From assembly GCA_030835825.1 (NCBI GenBank), contig JAURRA010000003.1:7038-71037 (forward strand): a stretch of DNA of 64,000 bases. The letters are read 5' to 3'. Positions 1-8,767 of this stretch are shown one piece after another; the first letter of the stretch is position 1, and the number at the start of each line of letters is the position of its first letter. Both the position numbers and the translations under genes were made by a program. The stretch comes from Flavobacteriaceae bacterium. GTDB lineage: Bacteria; Bacteroidota; Bacteroidia; Flavobacteriales; Flavobacteriaceae. The notes under the pieces were generated by a model, which saw only the letters and a list, made by a program, of their open reading frames with translations, was not told where the DNA came from and did no database searches.

Positions 1-669
1 GTTTCTTACTCGAACACCTGTTACCACTTGGCCGTCACCCAACACCTCTTCAGTTTCAGTGTTGAATAAGATTTCAATATTTTCGGTTTTAGCAACTCGT
101 GCTGCCATAATTTTGGATGCTCTAAATTCGTCTCTACGGACCAACATCGTGACCTTGGTACACAATTTTGACAAATAGTGTGCTTCTTCACAGGCCGAGT
201 CTCCAGCGCCAACAATTACCACTTCTTGATTGCGGTAAAAGAAACCATCACAAACCGCACAAGCCGATACACCTCCGCCTAATTGCAGGTATTTCTGTTC
301 CGACTCCAAACCTAAATACTTGGCAGAAGCCCCTGTTGAAATGATTACTGTTTCACAATGGATTTCAGTGTCATCATGTATCCAAACCTTGTGAACGGGG
401 CCACTAAAATCAACTTTGGTAACCCATCCATTACGAATGTCCGTATCAAATCGCTTGGCTTGGTCTTGCAACTGGATCATCATTTCTGGACCTGTAACTC
501 CCTCAGGATAACCAGGAAAATTTTCGACCTCGTTGGTAGTGGTCAATTGACCTCCAGGCTGAGAACCTTGATAAAGAACTGGTTTCATATTGGCACGAGC
601 TGCATAAATGGCAGCAGTATAACCTGCAGGACCTGATCCTATGATAAGACATTTGACTTGTTCAGACAT
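1..669 (-). CDS. trxB: Thioredoxin-disulfide reductase, N-terminal ~223 codons; the 3' end lies outside the window
   Basis: My own translation of the minus strand from the ATG at 667-669 gives MSEQVKCLIIGSGPAGYTAAIYAARANMKPVLYQG...GGGVSACAVCDGFFYRNQEVVIVGAGDSACEEA. It shows the FAD GxGxxG motif, the CAVC redox pair and the second dinucleotide fold. It is open to position 1, so it is absent from the ORF track. Confidence 0.9.
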   Translation of the reverse strand, partial: MSEQVKCLIIGSGPAGYTAAIYAARANMKPVLYQGSQPGGQLTTTNEVENFPGYPEGVTGPEMMIQLQDQAKRFDTDIRNGWVTKVDFSGPVHKVWIHDDTEIHCETVIISTGASAKYLGLESEQKYLQLGGGVSACAVCDGFFYRNQEVVIVGAGDSACEEAHYLSKLCTKVTMLVRRDEFRASKIMAARVAKTENIEILFNTETEEVLGDGQVVTGVRVRN

Positions 670-873
670 AATTACTTTTCTTTGATTTAGGGTTCAAAAA
701 TACCTAATTTGAGTCAGTTCAACGGCCTCAAGTTATTAACAGTTTGCAGTTTCTTTTTTTATCTTTGAGTCGTTGATTCGCAAATCGTTTGTCATCATTT
801 CCTAATCGACTTGAGAGTCTGTTCATAGAATTTCAACAAGTTTCGGTACCGAATTTTATTTAAACCCATTATT

Positions 874-1323
874 ATGAAAGAATTTAAAAAATTTATCAGC
901 AAAGGCAATGTCATTGAATTGGCGGTAGGTTTGATAATGGCCACCTATTTTGGTGCTATTGTGAAGTCACTAGTCAATGATATCGTAATGCCTCCCATTG
1001 GAAGTCTTTTGGGTCGTGTAGATTTTGCCGATTTTAAATACGTGATTCAATCGGCTCAACCCGAAACTAAACCTGGTGCAGGCGATGGATTAGCAGAAAT
1101 TGCTATCAGTTACGGCCTTTTTATCAATAACATCATTACATTTTTGATTGTAGCTTTGTCTATTTTCATCGCTTTAAAAGCAATTAATAAAATGAAAGAA
1201 AAACTAGAGGCTGAACTAGGCGTGGAAAATGAGTCTGAATCGAAAGTGGCCGCAGCACCAAGTCCAGAAGAAGTGCTTTTGATTGAAATTAGGGATTTAT
1301 TGAAACAGCAAAAGGGACAGTAG
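874..1323 (+). CDS. mscL: Large-conductance mechanosensitive channel
   Basis: 149 aa. The N-terminus MKEFKKFISKGNVIELAVGLIMATYFGAIVKSLVNDIVMPPIG is typical of MscL, with two TM segments. Confidence 0.9.
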   Translation: MKEFKKFISKGNVIELAVGLIMATYFGAIVKSLVNDIVMPPIGSLLGRVDFADFKYVIQSAQPETKPGAGDGLAEIAISYGLFINNIITFLIVALSIFIALKAINKMKEKLEAELGVENESESKVAAAPSPEEVLLIEIRDLLKQQKGQ

Positions 1324-1344
1324 GTTGCAAATTGTAGAGCAACA

Positions 1345-2121
1345 TCAAACCACCAGTTTTGGATCAATACTTTTGAGTTCTATCCTCAAATCTTGAAGCA
1401 TTTGAGCGATACTACTTAGTTTCAATTCTTCTTGATGGTATTCTTGGGTATTGATGCAGCAACTGAACGCCCAAAGTTCTAATACTTCATTGGTTGGCAC
1501 CTTGAAAGGCAAGTAAGACTTATTATCTGACACCAATAAAAGACAACCTTCTTTTTCGGTCAAATCATAGACACGTTTATACACTAACCCGTCTTCTTTG
1601 GTAAGAACGACATAGGTGGTGCCATCTTTAATATCACTGAGGCTTTCTACAAACTTACCCACGACATAAGACCCGTCTTTTACTGGCAGCATCGATTCTC
1701 CTTTTATGGGAAAGGCACGATGTGTTCCTGTAGGCAAAAAAGGCAGTTTAATTTTTTGCAAATGCTCAATGTATTCTGGATCTTCATAACCTCTGAGATA
1801 GCCCGCCGAAGCCTTGGCTGTGACTACCTCAATCAAATCCTCGTTAGATTCATTGATAGTAATTGGAAATAACACTCTTTTGTTACCCACCTCAATGAAC
1901 GACGTAGCGCCAGATCGAGACAGATCTTTTCGGACTAGTAAATCCACTGGAACTTTGAAATAATCCGACAGTTCAATTAACCTAGAGACCGAAGGCTCTG
2001 ACCTACCCTCTTCATAAGAACCAATAACCGAACGTGTCCAACCAAGCTCTTCGGCCAAAAGCTCTTGAGATAGTTTTTTCAAATGACGGAGATGACGAAT
2101 GTTACTGTGAATATAAATCAT
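1345..2121 (-). CDS. XRE/CI-type HTH + S24 peptidase repressor (non-canonical LexA-like)
   Basis: 258 aa. N-terminal HTH: LKKLSQELLAEELGWTRSVIGSYEEGRSEPSVSRLIELSDYF. Candidate Ala-Gly cleavage site in KASAGYL. S24 Ser in KGESMLP and Lys in LVYKRVY. Divergent from the polymerase pair. Confidence 0.8.
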   Translation of the reverse strand: MIYIHSNIRHLRHLKKLSQELLAEELGWTRSVIGSYEEGRSEPSVSRLIELSDYFKVPVDLLVRKDLSRSGATSFIEVGNKRVLFPITINESNEDLIEVVTAKASAGYLRGYEDPEYIEHLQKIKLPFLPTGTHRAFPIKGESMLPVKDGSYVVGKFVESLSDIKDGTTYVVLTKEDGLVYKRVYDLTEKEGCLLLVSDNKSYLPFKVPTNEVLELWAFSCCINTQEYHQEELKLSSIAQMLQDLRIELKSIDPKLVV

Positions 2122-2146
2122 TGTTAATATGAAATTTTAATTACTA

Positions 2147-2154
2147 CAAAAATA
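2147..2154 (-). promoter_or_regulatory. Candidate Bacteroidota -7 box (TATTTTTG on the minus strand) for the LexA-like gene
   Basis: Matches TAnnTTTG, 26 nt upstream of the ATG at 2121. No clear -33 element seen. Confidence 0.35.
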
Positions 2155-2179
2155 AGCAAGATTTGCTACAATATCAAGT

Positions 2180-2187
2180 TAATTTTG
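2180..2187 (+). promoter_or_regulatory. Candidate Bacteroidota -7 box (TAATTTTG) for the dnaE2-like/dinB operon
   Basis: Matches TAnnTTTG, 25 nt upstream of the ATG at 2213. TTTG at 2162-2165 is a possible -33 element but is closer than the usual spacing. Confidence 0.4.
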
Positions 2188-2212
2188 TTTAAAATAAAAA
2201 CAATATCTTTTA

Positions 2213-5185
2213 ATGTATCTCAATTGCCACTCCTATTACAGTTTGCGACACGGCACCATAGCTCCTGAAGAACTCGTTGAATGGGCCAGAGACCACAAGG
2301 TCAGTCAATTTGCGCTGACCGACATCAACAATACTTCTGCCTGCTTAGAGACAATTCGTTTGGGCAAACAGCACGGGATCAAAGTCATTGTAGGCGTCGA
2401 CTTCAGAGTGGATCACCAACAACGATTTATTTTGTTGTCAAAAAGTGCCGAAGGGTTTGCCAGTATCAATGCTTATCTGTCGGACTTGCTACATCAATCG
2501 AAATTTACACTTCCAGATACGGCTCCCATCTTAAAGGACAGTTTGGTTATTTATCCCTATGCCATTGGACATAGGTTCGATTTAAAACCACACGAGTACT
2601 TAGGCGTAAGTCCAACAGACATGAATCGGATTCCGTTTTCCATTTGGCAAAATCAGCCGCATAAATTAGTTGCACTACAAAGTATGTCGTTTCGACATCA
2701 GAAAGATTTCAACACCCACAGACTGCTTCGCGCGATTGACTGCAATACCCTACTTAGTAAATTATCTGCAGACCAACAAAGCCAACCCACTCATTGCCTG
2801 ATATCACCAAAAAGCCTTGAAAATCAGTTTTCTAAAATGCCTCATTTGGTAAAACAAAGCAATCAATTATTGGATGCTTGTGAGTCTGATTTCGACTTTA
2901 ACATAAGCAACTCTAACAATCAAAAGACCTATACCGACAATGCCGATTTAGATTTTCGCTTACTACAACACCTCACCCAGCAGGGTTTAAGTTATCGCTA
3001 CCCCAAAACCAGTCAAAAAATTATTGATCGCATCGATAAAGAATTGGAAACCATCAAAACCATGGGCTTTGTGTCCTATTTTTTAATCAATTGGCGCATT
3101 CTAAAATATGCCAGACAAAAGGGTTATTTTTATGTTGGACGAGGTAGTGGCGCCAATAGCATTATAGCGTATTTGCTTCGAATAACTGATGTTGATCCCA
3201 TTGAATTGGACTTATATTTCGAGCGATTCATCAACCTCTATCGCGTCAATCCTCCCGACTTTGATATTGATTTTTCTTGGACTGATCGGGACAATATGAC
3301 CCGTTTTATCTTCCAACGATTCAAACATGTAGCTCTTATAGCGACCTACAATACCTTTCAACGACGGGCTGCGATACGCGAACTGGGAAAAGTGTTTGGT
3401 TTACCTAAAAGCGAAATAGACCGACTCAGCAAAGGCTTATACAATCCCAACGAGCTAGATCAACTCTCACAACTTGTGCTTCGATACAGCGAACGACTTC
3501 AAGGGTTGCCAAATTATTTAGGTATTCACGCTGGAGGCATCATTATTGCCAATCGACCGGTACACTATTTTGGCGCAAGCTTTATGCCTCCCAAAGGATT
3601 TTCAACAGTACAATTCGACATGGTTGCTGCAGAAAATGCGGGCTTATACAAATTTGATATCCTCAGTCAACGAGGCTTGGGGAAAATAAAAGATACCGTA
3701 AATATTGTTGCCCAAAATCACCCTGGTCAAAATCCTATAGACATTCACGACATTCCACATTTTAAAAAAGATTTAAAAGTCAAGCAGTTACTCAAACAAG
3801 CCAACGCTGTCGGTTGTTTCTATGTAGAGTCACCTGCTATGAGAATGTTACTTCGAAAACTTCAAGTAGAAACCTATTTGGACTTGGTCGCAGCAAGCTC
3901 AGTTATCCGACCTGGAGTAGCTTCTTCGGGAATGATGCGAGAATACATCTTACGCAAGCGAGAGCCCAATCGCCGAAAAACAGTCAATCCAATTCTATTG
4001 AGCATCATGCCCGACACCTTTGGCGTGATGGTTTACCAAGAAGATGTCATTAAGGTAGCACATTATTTTGGAGGATTGACCCTTGGCCAAGCCGATATGC
4101 TAAGACGTGGTATGTCTGGGAAATACCGCTCTAAAAATGAGTTCATGACGGTCAAAAAGCAGTTTTTTAAAAACTGTCAAGACTCTGGAAAAGACCCCCA
4201 TTTCACTAAAGAGGTTTGGCGTCAAATTGAAAGTTTTGCCGGCTACGCCTTCGCTAAAGGTCACTCCGCTTCCTATGCCATTGAAAGCTACCAAAGCTTG
4301 TACTTGAAGGCCCACTACCCTATTGAGTATATGGCAGCAGTAATCAATAATTTCGGAGGCTATTACAGCACTGAACTCTACGTCAATGAAGCCAGACTAA
4401 ACGGTGCCGACATCCAAGCACCTTGTGTGAATCAAAGCCAATGGGAAAGCTCTGTCCAAGGCAAAGTTCTTTATATAGGCTTTAAGTTTCTTCACGGTTT
4501 AGAGCACAGTGTTGTCATACGACTGGTAAACGAGCGACTGCTCAATGGTTGTTTTTTAGACTTCCATGACTTTGTCAAGCGCGTGACAATTAGCTTAGAC
4601 CAAATCAGCATTTTGATTAAAATCAACGCCTTTCGCAGCCTCAATCCTAACAAACGGGAATTACTTTGGGAGGCTCATGCCAAATTATCTTTGGAGCAGC
4701 AAGAGTCGGCTGTGGCCAATCTTTTCGATATCCGCCCAAAGTCATATAAAATACCTTGTCTGAGTACTGCTATGAGCGAAAATGCTTTTGATGAAATTGA
4801 ACTTTTAGGCTTCCCGTTATGTAGTCCGTTTGACCTATTAGAAACTCCTGTTTCAAAAGGTCTCTGCGCTGAAGACCTGCCCAACCACATCAATCAAAAA
4901 GTTGAGCTTAAAGGCTATTTGATAGCTCTAAAACGCGCCCGGACCAAAAACGGAGACCGCATGTATTTCGGCACTTTTTTGGACTTTAAAGGTCGATTTA
5001 TCGATACAGTTCACTTCCCTCCTATAGTTCAAAAACATCCTGTCATTGGACGTGGTGTTTATGCTATTAGAGGAAAAGTAGTCGAAGAATTCGATGCCAT
5101 TGTTATTGAAGTCATTCAACTGAAGCAATTGGCGGTAATTCCAGACCCCAGATACAGTGAAATTCCAAAACAAATTGCCTCATGA
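2213..5185 (+). CDS. dnaE2: DNA polymerase III alpha-family protein, short error-prone (DnaE2-like) type
   Basis: 990 aa. N-terminal PHP domain (MYLNCHSYYSLRHGT), catalytic PPDFDIDFSW, AFAKGHSASYA, and a C-terminal OB fold (VELKGYLIALKRARTKNGDRMYFGTFLDFKG). It has no long C-terminal tau/beta-binding tail. The stop overlaps the next start (ATGA). Confidence 0.75.
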   Translation: MYLNCHSYYSLRHGTIAPEELVEWARDHKVSQFALTDINNTSACLETIRLGKQHGIKVIVGVDFRVDHQQRFILLSKSAEGFASINAYLSDLLHQSKFTLPDTAPILKDSLVIYPYAIGHRFDLKPHEYLGVSPTDMNRIPFSIWQNQPHKLVALQSMSFRHQKDFNTHRLLRAIDCNTLLSKLSADQQSQPTHCLISPKSLENQFSKMPHLVKQSNQLLDACESDFDFNISNSNNQKTYTDNADLDFRLLQHLTQQGLSYRYPKTSQKIIDRIDKELETIKTMGFVSYFLINWRILKYARQKGYFYVGRGSGANSIIAYLLRITDVDPIELDLYFERFINLYRVNPPDFDIDFSWTDRDNMTRFIFQRFKHVALIATYNTFQRRAAIRELGKVFGLPKSEIDRLSKGLYNPNELDQLSQLVLRYSERLQGLPNYLGIHAGGIIIANRPVHYFGASFMPPKGFSTVQFDMVAAENAGLYKFDILSQRGLGKIKDTVNIVAQNHPGQNPIDIHDIPHFKKDLKVKQLLKQANAVGCFYVESPAMRMLLRKLQVETYLDLVAASSVIRPGVASSGMMREYILRKREPNRRKTVNPILLSIMPDTFGVMVYQEDVIKVAHYFGGLTLGQADMLRRGMSGKYRSKNEFMTVKKQFFKNCQDSGKDPHFTKEVWRQIESFAGYAFAKGHSASYAIESYQSLYLKAHYPIEYMAAVINNFGGYYSTELYVNEARLNGADIQAPCVNQSQWESSVQGKVLYIGFKFLHGLEHSVVIRLVNERLLNGCFLDFHDFVKRVTISLDQISILIKINAFRSLNPNKRELLWEAHAKLSLEQQESAVANLFDIRPKSYKIPCLSTAMSENAFDEIELLGFPLCSPFDLLETPVSKGLCAEDLPNHINQKVELKGYLIALKRARTKNGDRMYFGTFLDFKGRFIDTVHFPPIVQKHPVIGRGVYAIRGKVVEEFDAIVIEVIQLKQLAVIPDPRYSEIPKQIAS

Positions 5186-6402
5186 CAACAGATCAACGTG
5201 CTATTGTTCATATGGATTTAGATACTTTTTTTGTGTCTTGCGAGCGTTTATTGGACCATCGATTGGTTGGCAAACCTGTATTGATTGGAGGCACATCCGA
5301 TCGCGGTGTTGTAGCTTCCTGCAGTTATGAGGCCCGTCGTTTTGGCATTCACTCTGCCATGCCAATGCGTATGGCTAAAAACCTGTGTCCCGAGGCCATT
5401 ATATTAAGAGGAAATACGGGTATTTACAGCAAATTTTCAAATCAGGTTACCGATGTTATTAAAGACACTGTGCCACTGTACGAAAAAAGCTCTGTCGATG
5501 AGTTTTATATCGATTTGAGTGGAATGGATAAGTTTTTTGGCTGTCGGCAATTGGCATCGGAACTGCGTCAAAAAATCATCAACGAAACAGGATTGCCGAT
5601 ATCTTTTGGCTTATCAGTAAACAAGACGGTATCAAAAATTGCAACAGGAGAAGCCAAACCTAACAACGAAATACAAATTATAAAAGGCAGCGAAAAGCCA
5701 TTTTTAGCACCATTATCTGTTAAAAAAATCCCGATGGTAGGCCAAGTGACCTACAAGGCTTTGTGTGATTTAGGCGTAAAACAAATACAAACTCTACAAG
5801 ACATGCCTATTGAATTGCTTCAAAACGTATTTGGAAAGCACGGTAGAGATATTTGGAAAAAAGCCCAAGGAATCGATCACAGTCCGGTGATTCCTTATCA
5901 AGAAAGGAAGTCTATTTCAACGGAGCGTACTTTTGAAAAAGACACTACCGATCACATCAAGTTAAAAAGCATACTGATGGCAATGACAGAAAATTTGGCC
6001 TATCAACTTCGGCGCGGTAATAAATTAACGGCCTGCGTAACAGTAAAAATACGTTATTCCGATTTTCAGACATACACACAGCAGCGCCAAATTCCATATA
6101 GTGCCATGGATCACAATCTGACTCCTGTAGTTATGGATTTGTATAAAAACCTGTATCAAAGACGACTACTGGTACGACTAGTTGGTATCCGTTTCAGTAA
6201 TCTGGTTGAAGGAGGGCAACAAATGCACTTATTTGAAAATGACGAGAAAATAACCAACCTCAGTATAGCTATGGACAAAATGAGGCAACGGTATGGCGAT
6301 CGGGCGGTACTAAGAGCTGTTGGCATGGATGTCAAGACCATTGGTCGGTGGAATCCATTTACTGGAGAGCCTCCTCCCCTGCTTGCCAACAGAAAACAAT
6401 AA
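5182..6402 (+). CDS. dinB: Y-family DNA polymerase IV
   Basis: 406 aa. IVHMDLDTFFVSCE and SVDEFYIDLSG retain the catalytic Asp/Asp and Asp-Glu seen in E. coli DinB (VDMDCFF, SLDEAYLDV). Confidence 0.85.
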   Translation: MTTDQRAIVHMDLDTFFVSCERLLDHRLVGKPVLIGGTSDRGVVASCSYEARRFGIHSAMPMRMAKNLCPEAIILRGNTGIYSKFSNQVTDVIKDTVPLYEKSSVDEFYIDLSGMDKFFGCRQLASELRQKIINETGLPISFGLSVNKTVSKIATGEAKPNNEIQIIKGSEKPFLAPLSVKKIPMVGQVTYKALCDLGVKQIQTLQDMPIELLQNVFGKHGRDIWKKAQGIDHSPVIPYQERKSISTERTFEKDTTDHIKLKSILMAMTENLAYQLRRGNKLTACVTVKIRYSDFQTYTQQRQIPYSAMDHNLTPVVMDLYKNLYQRRLLVRLVGIRFSNLVEGGQQMHLFENDEKITNLSIAMDKMRQRYGDRAVLRAVGMDVKTIGRWNPFTGEPPPLLANRKQ

Positions 6403-6439
6403 GCACATGCCTAAAGTATTAAAAGCTGAGAAATAATCT

Positions 6440-6447
6440 TAATTTTG
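6440..6447 (+). promoter_or_regulatory. Candidate -7 box (TAATTTTG) for udk
   Basis: TAnnTTTG match 21 nt upstream of the ATG at 6469. Confidence 0.4.
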
Positions 6448-6468
6448 TGAAAACACAAGACAAAGATT

Positions 6469-7071
6469 ATGCTAATAATTGGCATTGCAGGAGGAACAGC
6501 TTGCGGAAAAACCACAGTAGTTAATCAACTCTTAGAGGAGCTGTCCAAAGATCAGGTAAATTTAATATCACAAGATTCTTATTATAAAGACAACACGCAC
6601 TTGTCATACGAAGAGCGATGTGCTATCAACTTTGATCATCCAGACTCTATAGACTTTGAAATGCTCTATCAACACGTCAAATTATTAAAAATGGGACAAG
6701 CAGTAGATCAGCCTGTCTATTCTTTTGAGCAACACAACAGAACGGGTCAAACTGTAAGAACAGAACCCAGTAACGTTCTAATTATAGAAGGTATTCTGGT
6801 GCTAACTAACCCCCAACTCAGAGACCTATTCGATATCAAATTGTATGTTCACGCCGATGCTGATGAACGACTAATTCGTCGCATAAAAAGAGATACTCTT
6901 GAACGCGGTCGCGATTTGACAGAGATACTCGACCGATATCAAAACACCTTAAAGCCAATGCACGATGAATTCATTGAGCCCTCAAAAATATATGCAGACA
7001 TTATTATCCCGAACAACAATCACAATACTGTAGCTATTAATATTGCCAAATCTCTCATCAGAAACAGATGA
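6469..7071 (+). CDS. udk: Uridine kinase
   Basis: 200 aa. P-loop IGIAGGTACGKTTV, FDHPDSIDF, and ADADERLIRRIKRDTLERGR. Confidence 0.92.
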   Translation: MLIIGIAGGTACGKTTVVNQLLEELSKDQVNLISQDSYYKDNTHLSYEERCAINFDHPDSIDFEMLYQHVKLLKMGQAVDQPVYSFEQHNRTGQTVRTEPSNVLIIEGILVLTNPQLRDLFDIKLYVHADADERLIRRIKRDTLERGRDLTEILDRYQNTLKPMHDEFIEPSKIYADIIIPNNNHNTVAINIAKSLIRNR

Positions 7072-7400
7072 AATCACTAAAGCTCAAAACCATTTGGAAA
7101 AACCTAAAGCGACCTTTCAAAAACATATTCCTTTTGATTGGGGTGGGCTTTTTAATTTGGATGTTATTTTTTGATGCTAATTCTTGGTTGATTCACAAGG
7201 AACTGAATGATGAAATTGAGCAGCTCGAACAAAAGAAGACTTTTTATAGAGATGCCATTGAACAAGATCAAGAGGAATATAAAGAGCTTCAAACTGAGGA
7301 AGGGCTTGAAGAATACGGCAGAGAACATTTTTACCTCAAACAACCTGACGAGGACATATATATTATTGAATTTCAGGATAGTATAAATAAAAAATCGTGA
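7068..7400 (+). CDS. Septum formation initiator family protein (FtsB/DivIC-like)
   Basis: 110 aa. One N-terminal TM segment followed by a coiled coil (HKELNDEIEQLEQKKTFYRDAIEQDQEEYKELQ). ATGA overlap with udk. Confidence 0.7.
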   Translation: MKSLKLKTIWKNLKRPFKNIFLLIGVGFLIWMLFFDANSWLIHKELNDEIEQLEQKKTFYRDAIEQDQEEYKELQTEEGLEEYGREHFYLKQPDEDIYIIEFQDSINKKS

Positions 7401-8767
7401 TGTCTAAGCAAGATTTATTTGACGGCTTTAAGGGTGTAAGCTCAAAACAATGGCGAATGCAAATCGCTTCAGAGCTCAAAATCCAGACCTTCGAAACACT
7501 GCGCTGGATGAGTCCTGAAGGCATTGATGTTGTACCATTTTACCACGCTGACCAAGCCAGTCCTCTCGACATCCCTCATCGTTCAGGCGAATGGAAAATA
7601 GCTGAACACATTGAATTCACTAAGGTCAACGCATCTTCAGATTTTATACTAAAAGCCATTAATGGTGGTGCAGACAGCATCTGTTTGGGTGGTAGTTACA
7701 CCATTGAGCAAGCGCTTGAACTTTTGAAAAAGTATAGCGACTATGATATCAACTGGCACATTCAACTGCCCTGCACCGAAAGTGGAGTGTCAAAAATAGA
7801 TCAGTTGGAGGACACCCTCCGATCGAAACTGTTTATCCAGCTCGATCCAATCGGTCATTTGGCAAAAACAGGACAATGGCACGACAGCCCATCAACAGAA
7901 CTTGAACTGATTAAAACAAGACTAAAAACTTCATCCTCCTACCAAAATCATGTCTCGGTAGATATGGCATTATATCAAAATGCTGGCGCCAACACGGCAG
8001 AGCAACTCGCTTTAGGACTGTCTCATGCTAACGAATATCTTAACCTTATTGACACTACATCACAACTGCCCAAATTCATGTTTGAAATTGCTGTGGGATC
8101 TGACTATTTTTTTGAAATAGCTAAAATCCGCGCATTGCGATGGCTTTGGGCCTCCTTAACCGAAGGTTTAGGGTGGGATAATTTACCTTGTCATATTTTA
8201 GCCAAAACAACGGAGCGTAACAAAACCATTTATAACTACAACTCCAATCTATTGAGAGGCACCACAGAGTGCATGAGCGCCATCCTTGGTGGCGCTGATA
8301 CGATTGTGAATTTACCGTACGATTTTCAGTACCACTACCCCAACGATTTCGGCCAACGCATTGCGCGAAATCAATTGCTGATTCTCAAAAACGAGAGTTA
8401 TTTTCAGGCGGTGAACAATCCGGCAGATGGCAGTTATTATTTGAATAACTTGACCCAGAAATTAGCTCAGAAAGCATTGGAAATATTTAAACAAATCGAA
8501 CAAAAAGGCGGGTTTATCAAGTGTTTGCAATCGGAACACATCCAATCTATGATTTTATTGAGTGCAACAAAGGAACAGCGATCCTTAGATCGTGGAGACA
8601 TGGTGCTGGTTGGAGCCAATATTTTTGTTAACGAAAAGGAGCAAATGACATCACAAGTGGAGAGACTCAGACCAACAGCAGTCTATGACTCTAACCCTAA
8701 ATCGATTAAAACCAGCAGATTAGCAGCACCGCTTGAATTGAGTAGATTAGATAAAGAAAAATCATGA
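7400..8767 (+). CDS. Methylmalonyl-CoA mutase small (beta) subunit
   Basis: About 455 aa with mutase-fold similarity ([32 protein letters not shown]) and no B12-binding domain. I prefer the ATG at 7400 to the GTG at 7397. The stop overlaps the large-subunit start. Confidence 0.8.
   Translation: MSKQDLFDGFKGVSSKQWRMQIASELKIQTFETLRWMSPEGIDVVPFYHADQASPLDIPHRSGEWKIAEHIEFTKVNASSDFILKAINGGADSICLGGSYTIEQALELLKKYSDYDINWHIQLPCTESGVSKIDQLEDTLRSKLFIQLDPIGHLAKTGQWHDSPSTELELIKTRLKTSSSYQNHVSVDMALYQNAGANTAEQLALGLSHANEYLNLIDTTSQLPKFMFEIAVGSDYFFEIAKIRALRWLWASLTEGLGWDNLPCHILAKTTERNKTIYNYNSNLLRGTTECMSAILGGADTIVNLPYDFQYHYPNDFGQRIARNQLLILKNESYFQAVNNPADGSYYLNNLTQKLAQKALEIFKQIEQKGGFIKCLQSEHIQSMILLSATKEQRSLDRGDMVLVGANIFVNEKEQMTSQVERLRPTAVYDSNPKSIKTSRLAAPLELSRLDKEKS

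Noticed and set aside
1324-1343. Terminator hairpin between the convergent mscL and repressor genes (GTTGC...GCAAC)
   Set aside because: The stem is only 5 bp with a 10-nt loop and no flanking T/A runs, so it is not convincing as an intrinsic terminator.
5182-6402. Annotating the Y-family gene as ImuB, by analogy with imuA-imuB-dnaE2 cassettes
   Set aside because: ImuB proteins lack the catalytic acidic residues. This protein keeps DLD and DE in the positions of E. coli DinB, so DinB/Pol IV is the better-supported call.
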